This document shows positions 35,223 through 47,732 of a DNA stretch of 64,000 nucleotides, one piece after another. A model generated the notes under the pieces. That model had not been told where the DNA came from, did no database searches, and worked only from the letters and a program-made list of their open reading frames with translations. Every line of letters starts with the position of its first letter. The first letter of the stretch is position 1. A program made the position numbers and the translations under genes. The DNA comes from Octopus sinensis (lineage: Eukaryota), in the NCBI RefSeq assembly GCF_006345805.1, contig NC_043002.1, positions 51,522,001 to 51,586,000 of the forward strand, in the 5' to 3' direction.

Positions 35223-38200
35223 GTACAGTTTGAAATTTTTAAATGCAAATTTGATGTGGGTCAATCGTCATTGAATTAAACATGCCGGTTTGAAGTTAGG
35301 CCTGTGATTTCAGGGGAAGGGAGTCAATTAGGGAATTCAGAGGAAGGGAGCACTGGGGTCTATTGCATCAACCCCAGTGCTCAACTGTTACTTATTTTAT
35401 CAACCCTATAATGATGAAAGGCAAAGTCAACACCAATGGTATTTGAATTTAGAATGTAAAGTTGTAAGAAATGTCACTAAGCTGGAGTGGCTGTGTGGTC
35501 AGAAGCTTGCTTCCCAACCACATGGTTCTGGGTTTAGTCCCACTGTGTGGAACCTTGGGCAATTGTCTTCTACAAAGCCTTGTGAGTGCGTTTAGTAGAC
35601 AGAAACTGAAAAAAGCCTGTCATATATATATATGTAATATGTGTATGTATTTGTGTGTATGTGTTTGTCCCCCCACCATTGCTTGGCAACTGATGTTGGT
35701 GTGTTTACATCCCCGTAACTTAGTGGTTCAGCAAAATGGACCAACATGGTAATAATTCTGCCAGCTCACCATATTGGTTTCAAGAGGATGGGGTAAGTCA
35801 ATTAGACTGACCCCAGTACGCAACTGGTGCTTAGTTTATTGACCTCGAGAGGATGAATGACCCCCACCAGCATTTGAACTCAGAATACGAAGTTGTAAGA
35901 AATGCCACAAAGCACAAGTCTATCAGCTTGCCAGCTTCAATTGAATTAGAAATATTTATCAAAGACATTCCCATTATGAGCATCTTATCTTTTTTTTTCT
36001 GTCTTTTACAGCCCTTACGTATCTAGGACTACATTCTCTGCTTTGTCTAATTTCTAGTGATTGCATAAAAGCTTTGTGGCATTCTAGAGGTTTCAAATGA
36101 AGGAATATCATCATCATCATCATAGTCATTGTCATCATTTAACCTTCACTTTTCTATGTTTGCTTAGATCAAACAAGTGGGCAGAGATGCTCTTCCTGTC
36201 ACCAACATTCACCTGTTTCTGAGCAATGTAATATATCCCCCTGGCCAGACACGCTTTACAGCGAAGACTGGAAACAAACAACCTTGCTTGTTTACAACTA
36301 CCGTGTGAGGTTTAAACCATGGCACACCCACCACCCACACATACATACATACATACATACATACAAGCATGTCTAGATATGCAACTATATACATGAGCAT
36401 GCATACATATAACAAAACATGCGAATCTACACATATACATACATAAGTATCCTGTTGACATCGAAATTTCAGTGAAGGAGCCTTGACTCTGTTAGAAGCT
36501 GGCTCTTTCTCTGTTGGCAAGGAATTTTGAAATAAAACTGAATAATGACACACACACACACGTATTCTTTTAGTCATTTTGACTGCAGTCATACTGGAGC
36601 ACTGCCTTTAGTCGAGCAAATCGACCCCAGGATATATTCTTTGTAAGCCTAGTACTTTTCTAGTGACCACCCTATGTATCTCACTTGCTGTGGTGCAGTT
36701 ATCTCCCCTGTCAGTACATACTGTGCTTTTTGTGGCTATAAGGGTCTTTGACTCATGTTTCTAGCAATGTAGGTGCTACCCTACACCCTCAGTCACTATT
36801 AGTGACAATTGAATTTTTCCTTTTTGGTTTTATATTGCATTTAACCACCTTTGTTATTTATTACACACACACACAAATCTTTTCAGTTCCTGTCTACCAA
36901 ATCCATTTAGAAGGATTTGATCAGCCCTAGGCTACATGTGGGACTGAACTCAAGACAATATGGTTGCAAAGTAACCTTCCTAACCACACAGCTATGCCTA
37001 CACCCTTGTATATCTACTCAACAGTCTTTCCACACACACACACACACACGTATATATTAGAGACATTATCTAAAGTATATATCAGTAACATTGCTGATTT
37101 TTATGTCTTTAATTCCTGCTGCAAGCAAATGACTTCATCTTTACTCAATGTTGAATATTTGTAGCTGTTTGACAGCTGCTGTTGTTGTTTCTAATTCTTG
37201 TTAACTTTACCCAAACTGATATATAGCAGGCATCATCAATCAAAAAGAACTGTCTAATGACCATTTCTAAATGAGGCTGCTTCATATTTATTGTGTTTAC
37301 ACTGTCCTGAGAAAACAGATTAAGATGTTTTTTGAAGAAAATACAGCTGCAACTTTTGACTATGTGCAATATCACATTTGCAGACTAACACACTTCATCA
37401 CCATCATCATTTGAACTTAGATTACAAAGAGCCAAAATAAATGCTGAAAGATATTTGTTTAACACTCTTTGTTTCAATGACTTGTAGGTGTGTGGTATTT
37501 CATTATATAACCATAATATACTATAAAGTATATTAAACGTTTTTTATAAGACAATATCACATTCTATTGTGTTAGCAGTGTGCTTTACTCTTTTATTTGT
37601 TTCAGTCATTTGACTGCAGCCATGCTGGAGCACTGCCTTTAGTTGGACAAATTGACCCCAGGACTTATTTTTTGTAAGCCTAGTACTTATTCTATTGGGT
37701 CTTTTTTGCTGAACTGCTAAGTTACGGGGACCAGCATTGGTTGTCAAGCAATGGTGGGTGAGACAAATACAGACACACAAACATACACACCCCAACACAT
37801 ATACATATATATACAACGGTCTTCTTTCAGTTTCCATCTACCAAAATCCACTCACAAGGCTATGGTCAACCCGAGGCTATAGTAGAAGACACTTACCGAA
37901 GGTGTCACACCGTGGGACTGAACCCAGAACTATGTGGTTGGTAAGCTAGCTACTTACCACACAGCTGCCCCTGTGCCTACATTATTAAGATTTTCTATAT
38001 AGCCATTCTATAGAAATTATAGCTGGCACTGATTTTTGCTACAGCATCTCATATACGAAATGTGGAAGTGCATAGAAATTTGCTTGTATGCAAATTTCAT
38101 ACTTTTTTGCTAAGTATTTATGCATTCAACTGAGTAACCAATGCTCAAATTTCTCTTGATAAAAAGATAGATTTCATTTTGAAACCTTGTGTATGCACAG

Positions 38201-38840
38201 TTTATGCTTTGTGTGTTACTTGTAAAATGTGTGTGCATCATCATCATTGTTTAATGTCCATTTTCCATGCTGGCATGGCTTGGATGGTTTGACAGGAGCT
38301 GACCAGCCGGAGAGATGTCCAGATGTCTCTTGTGGCATGGTTTCTACAGCTGGATGCCTATCCTAACACCAACCGCTTTACAGAGCGTGCTGGGTGCTTT
38401 TTATTTACCACCAGCACATGTACAAAAAAGCAACCTTGAGGGAACACTGCTCACAATTCCACCTATAATTGCCAGGCACTGTCTTCGGTATCATTAAAGT
38501 TAGCAAATTTGATACAAATAAATTAAGTTGAAGTTATGTCTCTTCTTTCTAATAAAGTTGAACCCTTAACTGCTCTTTTTATATTTATCTTTTTCCTTCT
38601 TTTTCTGATCTTTGAATGATCAAATATTAAAAAAAATTATTTTGAATTATATCAAGTTTGCTTGGAAACATGCTTATATTTTCAAACAATATCAAAGGCT
38701 AAAAATATGACTATTTTTACTTGAAACATTATTATTAATAGTAAATATTAATAAATCATTATTTAATAGTAATTATTACTAAAAATGTTACTATTAATAC
38801 TATTTTCCATTTTTCTTTTTAACATTATTTTTTTTCATAG

Positions 38841-38978
38841 AATATCACTGGCAGAGATCACGAGGATTTCTTGAATAAGCTGAAATGTGTTTTTGACAGT
38901 TATTTACCATTATGTTTCCAATATGATAGTGTTATTGAACATTCTTTTCGGACCATTCCATCATTCAAGATCCCTAAA
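38841..38978 (+). CDS. HPS4: HPS4-like exon (NITGRDHEDFLNKLKCVFDSYLPLCFQYDSVIEHSFRTIPSFKIPK)
   Basis: Long pyrimidine tract + catag| acceptor, |gtaagt donor, 46 codons, phase 0-0. Confidence 0.85.
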
Positions 38979-39508
38979 GTAAGTAATGTTTTATAAGCTA
39001 GTGATTAAAATTCTGGAATCATTATTTTGCATAGAAAATTGCTGAAACTAATACACTTTTTCTCAATTTTCAGTGGATAAATATTTGCATTAAGTAAAAT
39101 TTTTAAATTAAAAATGTGAATTATTTTAACATTAGAATAAATATAATGAAATAATTCTTTTATATTGAAAAATTCAATATCTATAGGTGCAGGTGTGGCT
39201 GTGTGGTAAGATGTTTGCTTTCCAACCACATTGTTCCTGATTTAGTCCCACTGTGTGGCACCTTGACAAATTTCTTCTACTGTAGCCTCAGGTTGACCAG
39301 AGCCTTGTGAGTGGATTTGGAAGACACAAATGAAAAAAACCCATCATATATATAGTGTATGTATTTTCTCTCCACCACTGCTTGCCAACCAGTGTTGGTA
39401 TGTTTATATACCCTTAATTTAACAGTTTGTCAAAAGAAACCTATAGAATAAGTACAAGACTTATATATATAGAACAATCTTACTTAGAAATGAATGTGTG
39501 CGTTTAGT

Positions 39509-39785
39509 CATATATAAATAAATAAATAAAACATATGCATATATACATACATATATGTACGTACCTACCTCTACATGTATATATACATGCATATATGGGT
39601 ACAGGACACCAAAAAAAACGTCGAACACAATGAGAAACGAAAACATAAACACATGTTTTCGTTTCTCATTGTGTTTGACGTTTTTTTGGTGTCCTGTACC
39701 CATATATGCATGTATATATACATGTAGAGGTAGGTACGTACATATATGTATATATGCATATGTTTTATTTATTTATTTATATATG
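39509..39785. repeat. Near-perfect palindrome / foldback element (~135-bp arms, 6-nt loop)
   Basis: Arm 39509-39646, loop aaacac 39647-39652, arm 39653-39785; mirrored ORFs appear on both strands in the track. Confidence 0.95.
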
Positions 39786-39803
39786 TATATATATATATAT
39801 ATA

Positions 39804-41697
39804 TGATGGGGCACTTGCTTTTACTACTAGTGAAAAGAAAGAGGCTTGGAGAAGCCATTATGAAAGACTGCTGAATGAGGAGAATGAATGGGAGGAGGAG
39901 AGCCTGCCAAATGTTGACCCAGTAGAGGGACCAGCTACCCGAATAGACAGCTCCCTTGTAGATAAGGCAATTAAGGATATGAAACCAGGCAAAGCCCCTG
40001 GCCTATCAGGAATCACTGCTGAGATGCTTAAAACAGCTGGCTATGTGGGCTATGCCATAGTCACCCGCATTGTAAACCAGGTAGTTCACAATGGAGTCAT
40101 ACCCAATGACTGGTGCAGCAGCACCATAGTCAACTGCTACAAGGGTAAGGGTGATGCTCTAGATAGAAATAACTACAGAGGTATCAAACTGTTGGACCAG
40201 GTGATGAAGGTCTCAGAGAAGGTCATAACCAATCTCATTAGGGAGAGAATTTGTTTAGATGAAATGCAGTTCGGTTTTGTACCAGGTAGAAGCACCACTG
40301 ATGCTATATTCCTGGTCCGACAACTGCAGGAGAAGTACCTAGCTAAAGATAAACCCCTCTACATAGCTTTTGTAGACTTGGAGAAAGCCTTTGACAGGGT
40401 TCCCCGTTCCCTTATCTGGTGGTCGATGCGGAAACTGGAGATTGAAGAATGGCTAATAAGGGCTGTACAGGCTCTATACAGAGAGGCTGTCAGCAAGGTT
40501 AGGATTGGCAACGAATATAGTGAAGAATTCCGGGTAGAAGTAGGTGTGCACCAGGGCTCAGCCCTCAGTCCCCTTTTATTCATCATAGTCCTTCAGGCAA
40601 TAACAGAGGAATTCAAAACGGGATGCCCCTGGGAGCTCCTCTATGCCGATGACCTAGCTCTCATAGCAGAATCACTACCGGAACTAGAAGAGAAATTTCG
40701 GGTGTGGAAGCAAGGGTTGGAATCAAAGGGCCTTAGAATAAATGTAGCAAAGACCAAAGTATTAGTAAGCAGCAAGAGGTACTCAGCACACATCCCCTCG
40801 GGTAGGTGGCCCTGCTCAACCCGTAGGAAAGGTACAGGTAGAAACTCCATAAGATGCACCCAATGTAAGTTATGGACACATAAGAGGTGCAGCAACATTA
40901 AAGGGAAATTAACAGATAAGATAGCTTTCATGTGCGGCAGATGCACAGGGACAATAGACACAACAGACACTCAGAAAACAGATTCCATCACACTCCAGGG
41001 AGAGAAACTAGAAGTAGTTGATAGTTTCCGCTACCTGGGTGACCAAGTTAGTAGCGGAGGTGGATGCACAGAGAGTATCACCACTAGAATACGAATAGCC
41101 TGGGCAAAGTTCAGAAAGCTCCTACCCCTACTGGCAACAAAAGGTCTCTCCCTCAGAGCAAAAGGTAGATTGTATGATGCATGTGTGCGAACTGCCATGC
41201 TTCATGGTAATGAAACATGGGCTGTGACTGCAGAAGACATGCGTAGACTTGAAAGAAATGAAGCTAGCATGATCCGCTGGATGTGTAGTGTCAGTGTGCA
41301 CGCAAAACAGAGTGTAAGTATCCTGAGAGAAATGCTGGATATAAGAAGCATCAGATGTGGTGTGCAAGAGCGACGCTTGCGATGGTATGGTCATGTGCTG
41401 CGGATGGATGAAGAGAGATGTGTGAAGAAGTGCCACTCCCAAACAGTTGAAGGTATCAGGGGGAGAGGTAGACCCAGGAAGACATGGGATGAGGTGGTCA
41501 AGCATGACCTCAGAGCATTGGGCCTCACTGAGGCAATGGCGAAGGACCGAGATCTCTGGAGATATGCTGTGACTACAAAGACCCGGGCTGCTTTCTGCAG
41601 CAATTCCACATACCCCCTACCCATTCTAAGTACCCCGGATCCCCAAAGTACCCCGATCCCCAAAGTACCCCAGACCTCGTTGCCCCCGTGCCGCTGA
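39804..41697 (+). CDS. RTE LINE reverse transcriptase, partial ORF of ~630 stop-free codons (endonuclease domain missing)
   Basis: NYRGIKLL, QFGFVPGRSTTDAIF, FVDLEKAFDRV, GVHQGSALSPLLF, LLYADDL, FRYLG, GRGRPRKTW motifs plus a Cys/His finger. The track's Met at 39706 lies in palindrome/microsatellite and is not the native start. Confidence 0.92.
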
Positions 41698-41945
41698 CAC
41701 GTTAAAATGCTCGAACCGATCGTGGCGATGCCGGACCCTCCGGCCCCTGTGCAGGTGGCACGTAAAAAGCACCCAATCCACTCATGGAGTGGTTGGCGTT
41801 AGGAAGGGCATCCAGCCGTAGAAACTCTGCCAGATTCAGACTGGAGCCTGGAGCGGCCCCTGGCTTCCCAGACCCGGTCGAACCGTCCAACCCGTGCTAG
41901 CGCGGAAAGCGGACGTTAAACGATGATGATGATGATGATGATGAT
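39804..41945 (+). mobile_element. 5'-truncated RTE-clade LINE with 3' UTR and (GAT)n tail
   Basis: Begins in the ORF directly after a (TA)n run; ends ...gcggacgttaaac(gat)n at ~41945. Confidence 0.92.
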
Positions 41946-42582
41946 ATAAATTAGTGGGGTCAATTTGTTTTGACTAAAATTCTACCATTTGCCTATGTGG
42001 TACCCTAGCATGGCTGCAGTCCAATGACTGGAACAAGTAAAAGACAAAAGACGTAAATGAAATATCATTATTTAATGACCCTTTTTCTCATGCTGGCATG
42101 GGCTGGACAGATCAACAGGTGTTGCCAAGCCAAACAGATACCCCACACTTTAATGCCTGCTTTGGCATGTTTTATATGGCTGGATGCACTACCTGATGCC
42201 AACCAATTTATAGAATTTATTGGGTGCTTTTTATGTGGCACCAGCATCGGTGAGGTCACCAAGAAACTTGCAAGACAAGACCCTTCACATGAAGGGAGTG
42301 TTGTATTGAGGTAGGAGGCTTTGTACCAGGTAAGAGGTTAAAATATGATAGCAAGAAAGAAGCTGGTGTCTTGTTGTAGAAGAGATACATAGCTACCCCA
42401 GTTGGGAAAGAGGGAAGATGGTGATGAAACTGTGTGATAGCAAGAAACATTAATGTATTGTTTAGTCAATAAGCTTTTAAAATGTATACTTTGATTTCTG
42501 AAAAAGCAGATAGCTGAAATGATAAGATTAATGAGCTTATTTTTGATTTTGTGATGTGTCTATAGACAGTTTCTTAATAAAA

Positions 42583-42755
42583 TAGGCGCAGGAGTGGCTG
42601 TGTGGTAAGTAGCTTACTAACCAACCACATGGTTCCGGGTTCAGTCCCACTGCGTGGCATCTTGGGCAAGTGTCTTCTGCTATAGCCCCGGGCCGACCAA
42701 TGCCTTGTGAGTGGATTTGGTAGACGGAAACTGAAAGAAGCCTGTCGTATATATG

Positions 42756-42786
<31 letters not shown>

Positions 42787-43010
42787 TTGTGTGTCTGTGT
42801 TTGTCCCCCTAGCATCGCTTGACAACCGATGCTGGTGTGTTTACGTCCCCGTCACTTAGCGGTTCGGCAAAAAAGAGACCGATAGAATAAGTACTGGGCT
42901 TACAAAGAATAAGTCCCGGGGTCGAGTTGCTCGATTAAAGGCGGTGCTCCAGCATGGCCGCAGTCAAATGACTGAAACAAGTAAAAGAGAAAAGAGAAAG
43001 AGAAAGAGAG
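42583..43010 (+). mobile_element. SINE family A, young copy (sense in an HPS4 intron)
   Basis: Reverse complement nearly identical to 2178-2589 and 30669-31068; (AAAAGAG)n-like tail. Confidence 0.9.
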
Positions 43011-43399
43011 TCCCAGTAAGATAAAGGATGAAGATCCTCTCTGAGTCATATAAACTCATAGAGCTTGTTTTCTGGTTTCCATGGTGCATGTATTTTACTC
43101 CCTGGATGGGACACCAGTTTGTTCGAAGAAATACTCATTTTTGCCAACTGTGTGAACTGGAGCAATGTAAAATGTAGTGTTTTGCTCTGGAACACAATGC
43201 ATCACCTGGTCCAGGAATCAAAACCACAATCTTCGGAACATGAGTACAACCACTTAGTGAAGCACCTCCTTGCTCAATCCCATTAAATTTTGAAATATAA
43301 AATAAGCAATATAACATTTCGTTGTCAAAATAGAACATCTTTTTAACTCATTAAGTCCATGGAAATGAATAGCAATGGAAATAGCTTTGTCAAAATTAG

Positions 43400-43760
43400 A
43401 ATATCTGATGTTGGTGCTAAGAGCACCATTCGAGCATGATCGTTGCCAGAGCAGCTAACTGGCTTCCATGCCGGTGGCATGTAAAAGCACCATTCGAGCG
43501 TGATCGTTACCAGCGTCGCCTTACTGACACTTGTGCCGGTGGCATGTGTAAAAGCATTCGAGCGAGGTCGTTGCCAGTACTGCCGGTGTCACGTAAAAGC
43601 ACCCACTACACTCTCAGAGTGGTTGGCGTTAAGGACATCCAGCTGTAGAATCTCTGCCAGATCAAGATTGGAGCCTGGTGCAGCCATCTGGTTCGCCAGC
43701 CCTCAGTCAAATCGTCCAACCCATGCTAGCATGGAAAGCAGACGTTAAACGATGATGATG
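43400..43760 (+). mobile_element. RTE 3'-UTR-derived short copy with tandem tgccggtggca(c/t)gtaaaagcacc units
   Basis: Ends ccatgctagcatggaaagcagacgttaaac(gat)n like the RTE at 41945; related copies at ~21190, 33560, 38235(-), 44900, 49390, 58262(-), 60084(-), 62680. Confidence 0.85.
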
Positions 43761-45083
43761 GGGATTAGGGAGTTTGAAGGGTTATGATACACACACTCCA
43801 TTTTGTATAAGAACATGTTGGAATCTCCAGTTGAAGATGATGTATAAGTGTTCAGTTTTTACTAAACAACTTGCACGATGATTTATTTATAGTGATCAAA
43901 TGTATGTTGTACATTAGCTCATTCCTTCCATCAAATCAACATTACCTGTACAGGTGCACAAGTGTGCCACATGTCATATGTGGAAATAATCATAGAGCAA
44001 TGTGAAATGAAGTGTTTTGCTCAAGAACACAATGTACTACCCAATCCAGAAATCAAACTCATGATCTAGCAATCATATGTAAAACACCCTAACCACTAAG
44101 CCACTGCTTTTACATTTAAAAACATAGAGGGTATGTATTATTTAAAACACTTTACATTACCATTGACTAAGTTCAACAGCTTTAAGCTAAGGAATGTAAA
44201 AATTGGGATGGGCGTCTGAAAGAATTTCACAATGTACATCTGATACTTCAAATTCTGTTACAACTCATTACTAATCTTATGCATCAGTATTTGATCCAGT
44301 GATTGTTTTTCCATGTTTAGCTCTATTTGAAATTACTTCACTACAGCTGTAACTATACAAATTTTAGTAGAAGATGACTATGGTTTGTAAAAAGCACTTT
44401 TTGAAAACTGGTAAGGGTTGGCAACAGAAAGAGTATCCAACTATAAAAAAAAATCTATCTTAATAAACTATGGAACCCATGTAAACATGGAAAAGTGGAC
44501 AGTAAAATGATGATGATGATGATATTAAGCTGTAGTGAAAGCTTCACAACCCACTGAATACTACTGAAGAATTCCAGCAAGGACCACCTTTTTCCAAGGA
44601 TAAGCTTAAGTCAGCAATGCAAATTAAAAGATTAATAATATTCCCTCTGTTTATAATAGGGAATTGTTTCTGCCCATTATCTCACTGACGGATGGCCTTA
44701 GGACACCAAATGTTCCAGACAAGATGACAGAAGACCAAGATAACTGGTGCTTTGCTGTACTCAAGAAGACCCATACTCCTCAGTAGAAGTTGTGAGGTCC
44801 CCCCCCCCACAACACACACAAATCGCCTGGTGAAGCCAATTGGCATGCAAGAGTCCTGTGCTGGTGTCCCATAAAAGCATTCATGTAGTGTCACATAAAA
44901 CCACCCATCACACTTTGTAAAGTGTTTGGCATTAGGAAGGGCATCCAACCATAGAAACCATGCCAAATCATACGGGAGCCTGGTGCAGCTCTCCAGCTTT
45001 GCTAGCTCTGGTCAAACCATTCAACTCATACCAGCATGAACAACATACGTTAAATGATGATGATGATAATGTATGTATGTATG

Positions 45084-45118
<35 letters not shown>

Positions 45119-45420
45119 TAAAATTGATAAAAAGTAACAACAAAAGAATGAGACCACGATATTAGAGAAATTGAGGATTATTTATATATGTTATAATTGA
45201 GAACAAACAGTAAAAGGTTGTCATTATAGTACTCAGAATTTCAAATGTTGGAACGAAGAGCTATGATTCATTCTCGTCAGGTATTAATGACAACAAACAC
45301 TATGAAAAAAAAACCCATTGAATGAAAAGGGAAATAATTCTAATAGGTGACAAAAAAAAAATATATGCAACTATATTTTCACAATACATAGACATAAAAC
45401 CTCCTGCATTTATGTCTACA

Positions 45421-45806
45421 CTAGCAGTATCGCCCGGCGTTGCTCGGGTTTGTAAGGGAAATAACTATAAAGCATTTTTAGAGAGTTATAGCCAAAAAAT
45501 AGCAAAAAAATGGGAAAAAAAAATTATGGTAAATTTCTTTTGATAGTTAAAAAGGTCGAGTTGCGTCCCCTAGACCATCTGTGGTTTGTGTTTCTGATTG
45601 TCGACCCCATGTCGAATTTATCGATCTTTTTCAGAACTGGGGGAACTTTTCAAAATTTTCGCTGTGTTAGTTTTGAATTATGACATTGGGCTATGTGTGT
45701 GTCAAGTTTCATCAGAATCGGTTGAAAGCCGTGGTCAGGGTGAGGGTACAACCAAACAGACACACAGAAACACACACAGACAAACTGCCGTTTATATAGA
45801 GAGAGA
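45421..45806 (-). mobile_element. Non-autonomous Helitron (second family)
   Basis: On the minus strand: A|TC start at 45806, hairpin cccg-gcgttgct-cggg (45433-45448), CTAG|T end at 45421. Confidence 0.8.
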
Positions 45807-46096
45807 TACATATACACTCACACAACCTTTTACCGTTTATTCTAAATTATAACATATATATATATATACATATACTACAATGGGTCTCTCAGTTTCCATC
45901 AACCAAATCCACTTACAAGGCTTTGACCAAGAGCTGCATAAAAAGATTTGCCCAAGATGCAACACTGTAGAATTGAACCCCAAACCATTTGGTTGGGAAG
46001 CAAATTCTTAACCACACGGCCACACCTTCTCCTACATATATGTTTGATAAAAGAAATAATAATCTAAAATGCAACTCTTTTCTACATACTTTTCAG

Positions 46097-46191
46097 ACAG
46101 ACTTCTCAATATTTATGGAAGTTGTTACACTGCTGGAAACAAGCCAACGATGGGCTGGGGTACTTGGAGGATGTGTACTGTTTAAGAACAA
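46097..46191 (+). CDS. HPS4: HPS4-like exon (TDFSIFMEVVTLLETSQRWAGVLGGCVLFKN-K)
   Basis: tttcag| acceptor, |gtaaat donor, phase 0 to 2; matches HPS4 '[27 protein letters not shown]'. Confidence 0.88.
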
Positions 46192-46771
46192 GTAAATATT
46201 TCAGTTACTATTCAGTTTTTTGTATTACACATATATATGAGTTGTGTAAATTTATGTAAATTTTATGTTGACAATGTTAAGAATAGCTTCAATGTTTGAA
46301 CAAAGACTTGTGTAGTAGTTATTATATTGTGCTCATAAGCTGTATTAAATAGCCAACCTTTGGACAAAAGTAAAGTGTGATAACACCAAAAAGAGTTGAG
46401 TGAGATTGCTGTAGAAAGTGGAAAATCCAAAGACTCCAAAGTGTCTTTCTTCAAGGAAAAGATGCAGAGGGGCTTTGCTTGGAATATATTTTCTGCTCTG
46501 CATGGCAAGTTCACCGTACACTTCTTGTTAATTTTACTGAAATACATAATTTTGTGGGGATAATGCAGAATCATACCTCTCCTGGAAGAATGCATTTTTT
46601 TGAAAAAATGTTTTTAGATTCTTGCGTTTTAGATGTTGGAGATTATGTATAAGGAAAAAAAAATCTTTTTTTAATTCCCCCCGATTTTTTTTACAGTGGG
46701 TTCCTATGTTTTCAATGACAGATTCCGAATATGCAAAAAACCATGTTTTCAAAGTTTTAAATTCAATAAGC

Positions 46772-46814
<43 letters not shown>

Positions 46815-47259
46815 CGCGTGTATAAAGTGATAGATAGATATGAATAAATAGATAAGGATAAATAGAGAGACAAATAAATAGATGGATGAAAAAATTCAAA
46901 ATTTAAAATTGGGGGAGAGGGTGAAATTTGAGCTCCTTATTAAACATACTAATGTTTGTTTCATGTAAAATGGTATACATTTAATTCACATTTAATTATT
47001 TGGCACATAAAAAGCACCATCTGAATGTGGTCATTGCCATCCCCCTCACCCTGACTGGCAGTATTTCTTCTGCCGTTACGTTCTGAGTTCAAATTCTGCC
47101 AAGGTCGATTTTGCCTTTCATCCTTTTGGGGTCGATAAAGTAGGAGTTATGCACTGGGGTCGATATAATCGATTTAATGCCTTTGTCTGTCCATGTTTGT
47201 CCCCTTTTATGTTTAGCCCCTTGTGGGCAATAAAGAAATAGGAAACTGAAAGAAGTCTG

Positions 47260-47300
<41 letters not shown>

Positions 47301-47662
47301 TGTGTGTGTGTCTGCGTTTGTCCTTCTCACCATTTTTTGACAACTGATGCTGGTGTATTTATGACCCTATAACACAGTGTTTTGGCAAAAGAGACCAATA
47401 GAATAAGTACTAGGCTTACAAAGAATAAGTCCTGGGGTTGAATTCTTTGACTAAAACCCTTGATGGTGCTGCTCCAGCATGGCCATAGTCAAATGACTGA
47501 AACAAGTAAAAGAATAAAAATATTTTTAAAATATACACAAATCTATTAATGTGCCTAACTTCTGTGCAGATGTTAAATTATAAAATTATATAATTACTAA
47601 GAAAAATATATTTACATACTCAAAATTCTGTCAAATGAAAACTATCTTTTTATCTTTTACAG

Positions 47663-47732
47663 AGTGGTGTACTCACAACTTCCTCTCCAACTAACCAGAA
47701 CACTTGCTGCGATTCATGCAGATCTACACAAT
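47663..47732 (+). CDS. HPS4: HPS4-like exon (K-VVYSQLPLQLTRTLAAIHADLHN)
   Basis: tttacag| acceptor, |gtaagt donor, phase 2 to 0; matches HPS4 'IVSTQLPPSLT'. Confidence 0.88.

Noticed and set aside
36012-36100. Strong tttacag acceptor inside an HPS4 intron
   Set aside because: All three frames hit stops or lack a convincing donor, and flanking exons are already phase-matched (0-0).
39706-39803. N-terminal MHVYIHVEVG...YIYIY of the 663-aa ORF as a real protein start
   Set aside because: It is translated palindrome and (TA)n sequence fortuitously in frame with the truncated RTE ORF.
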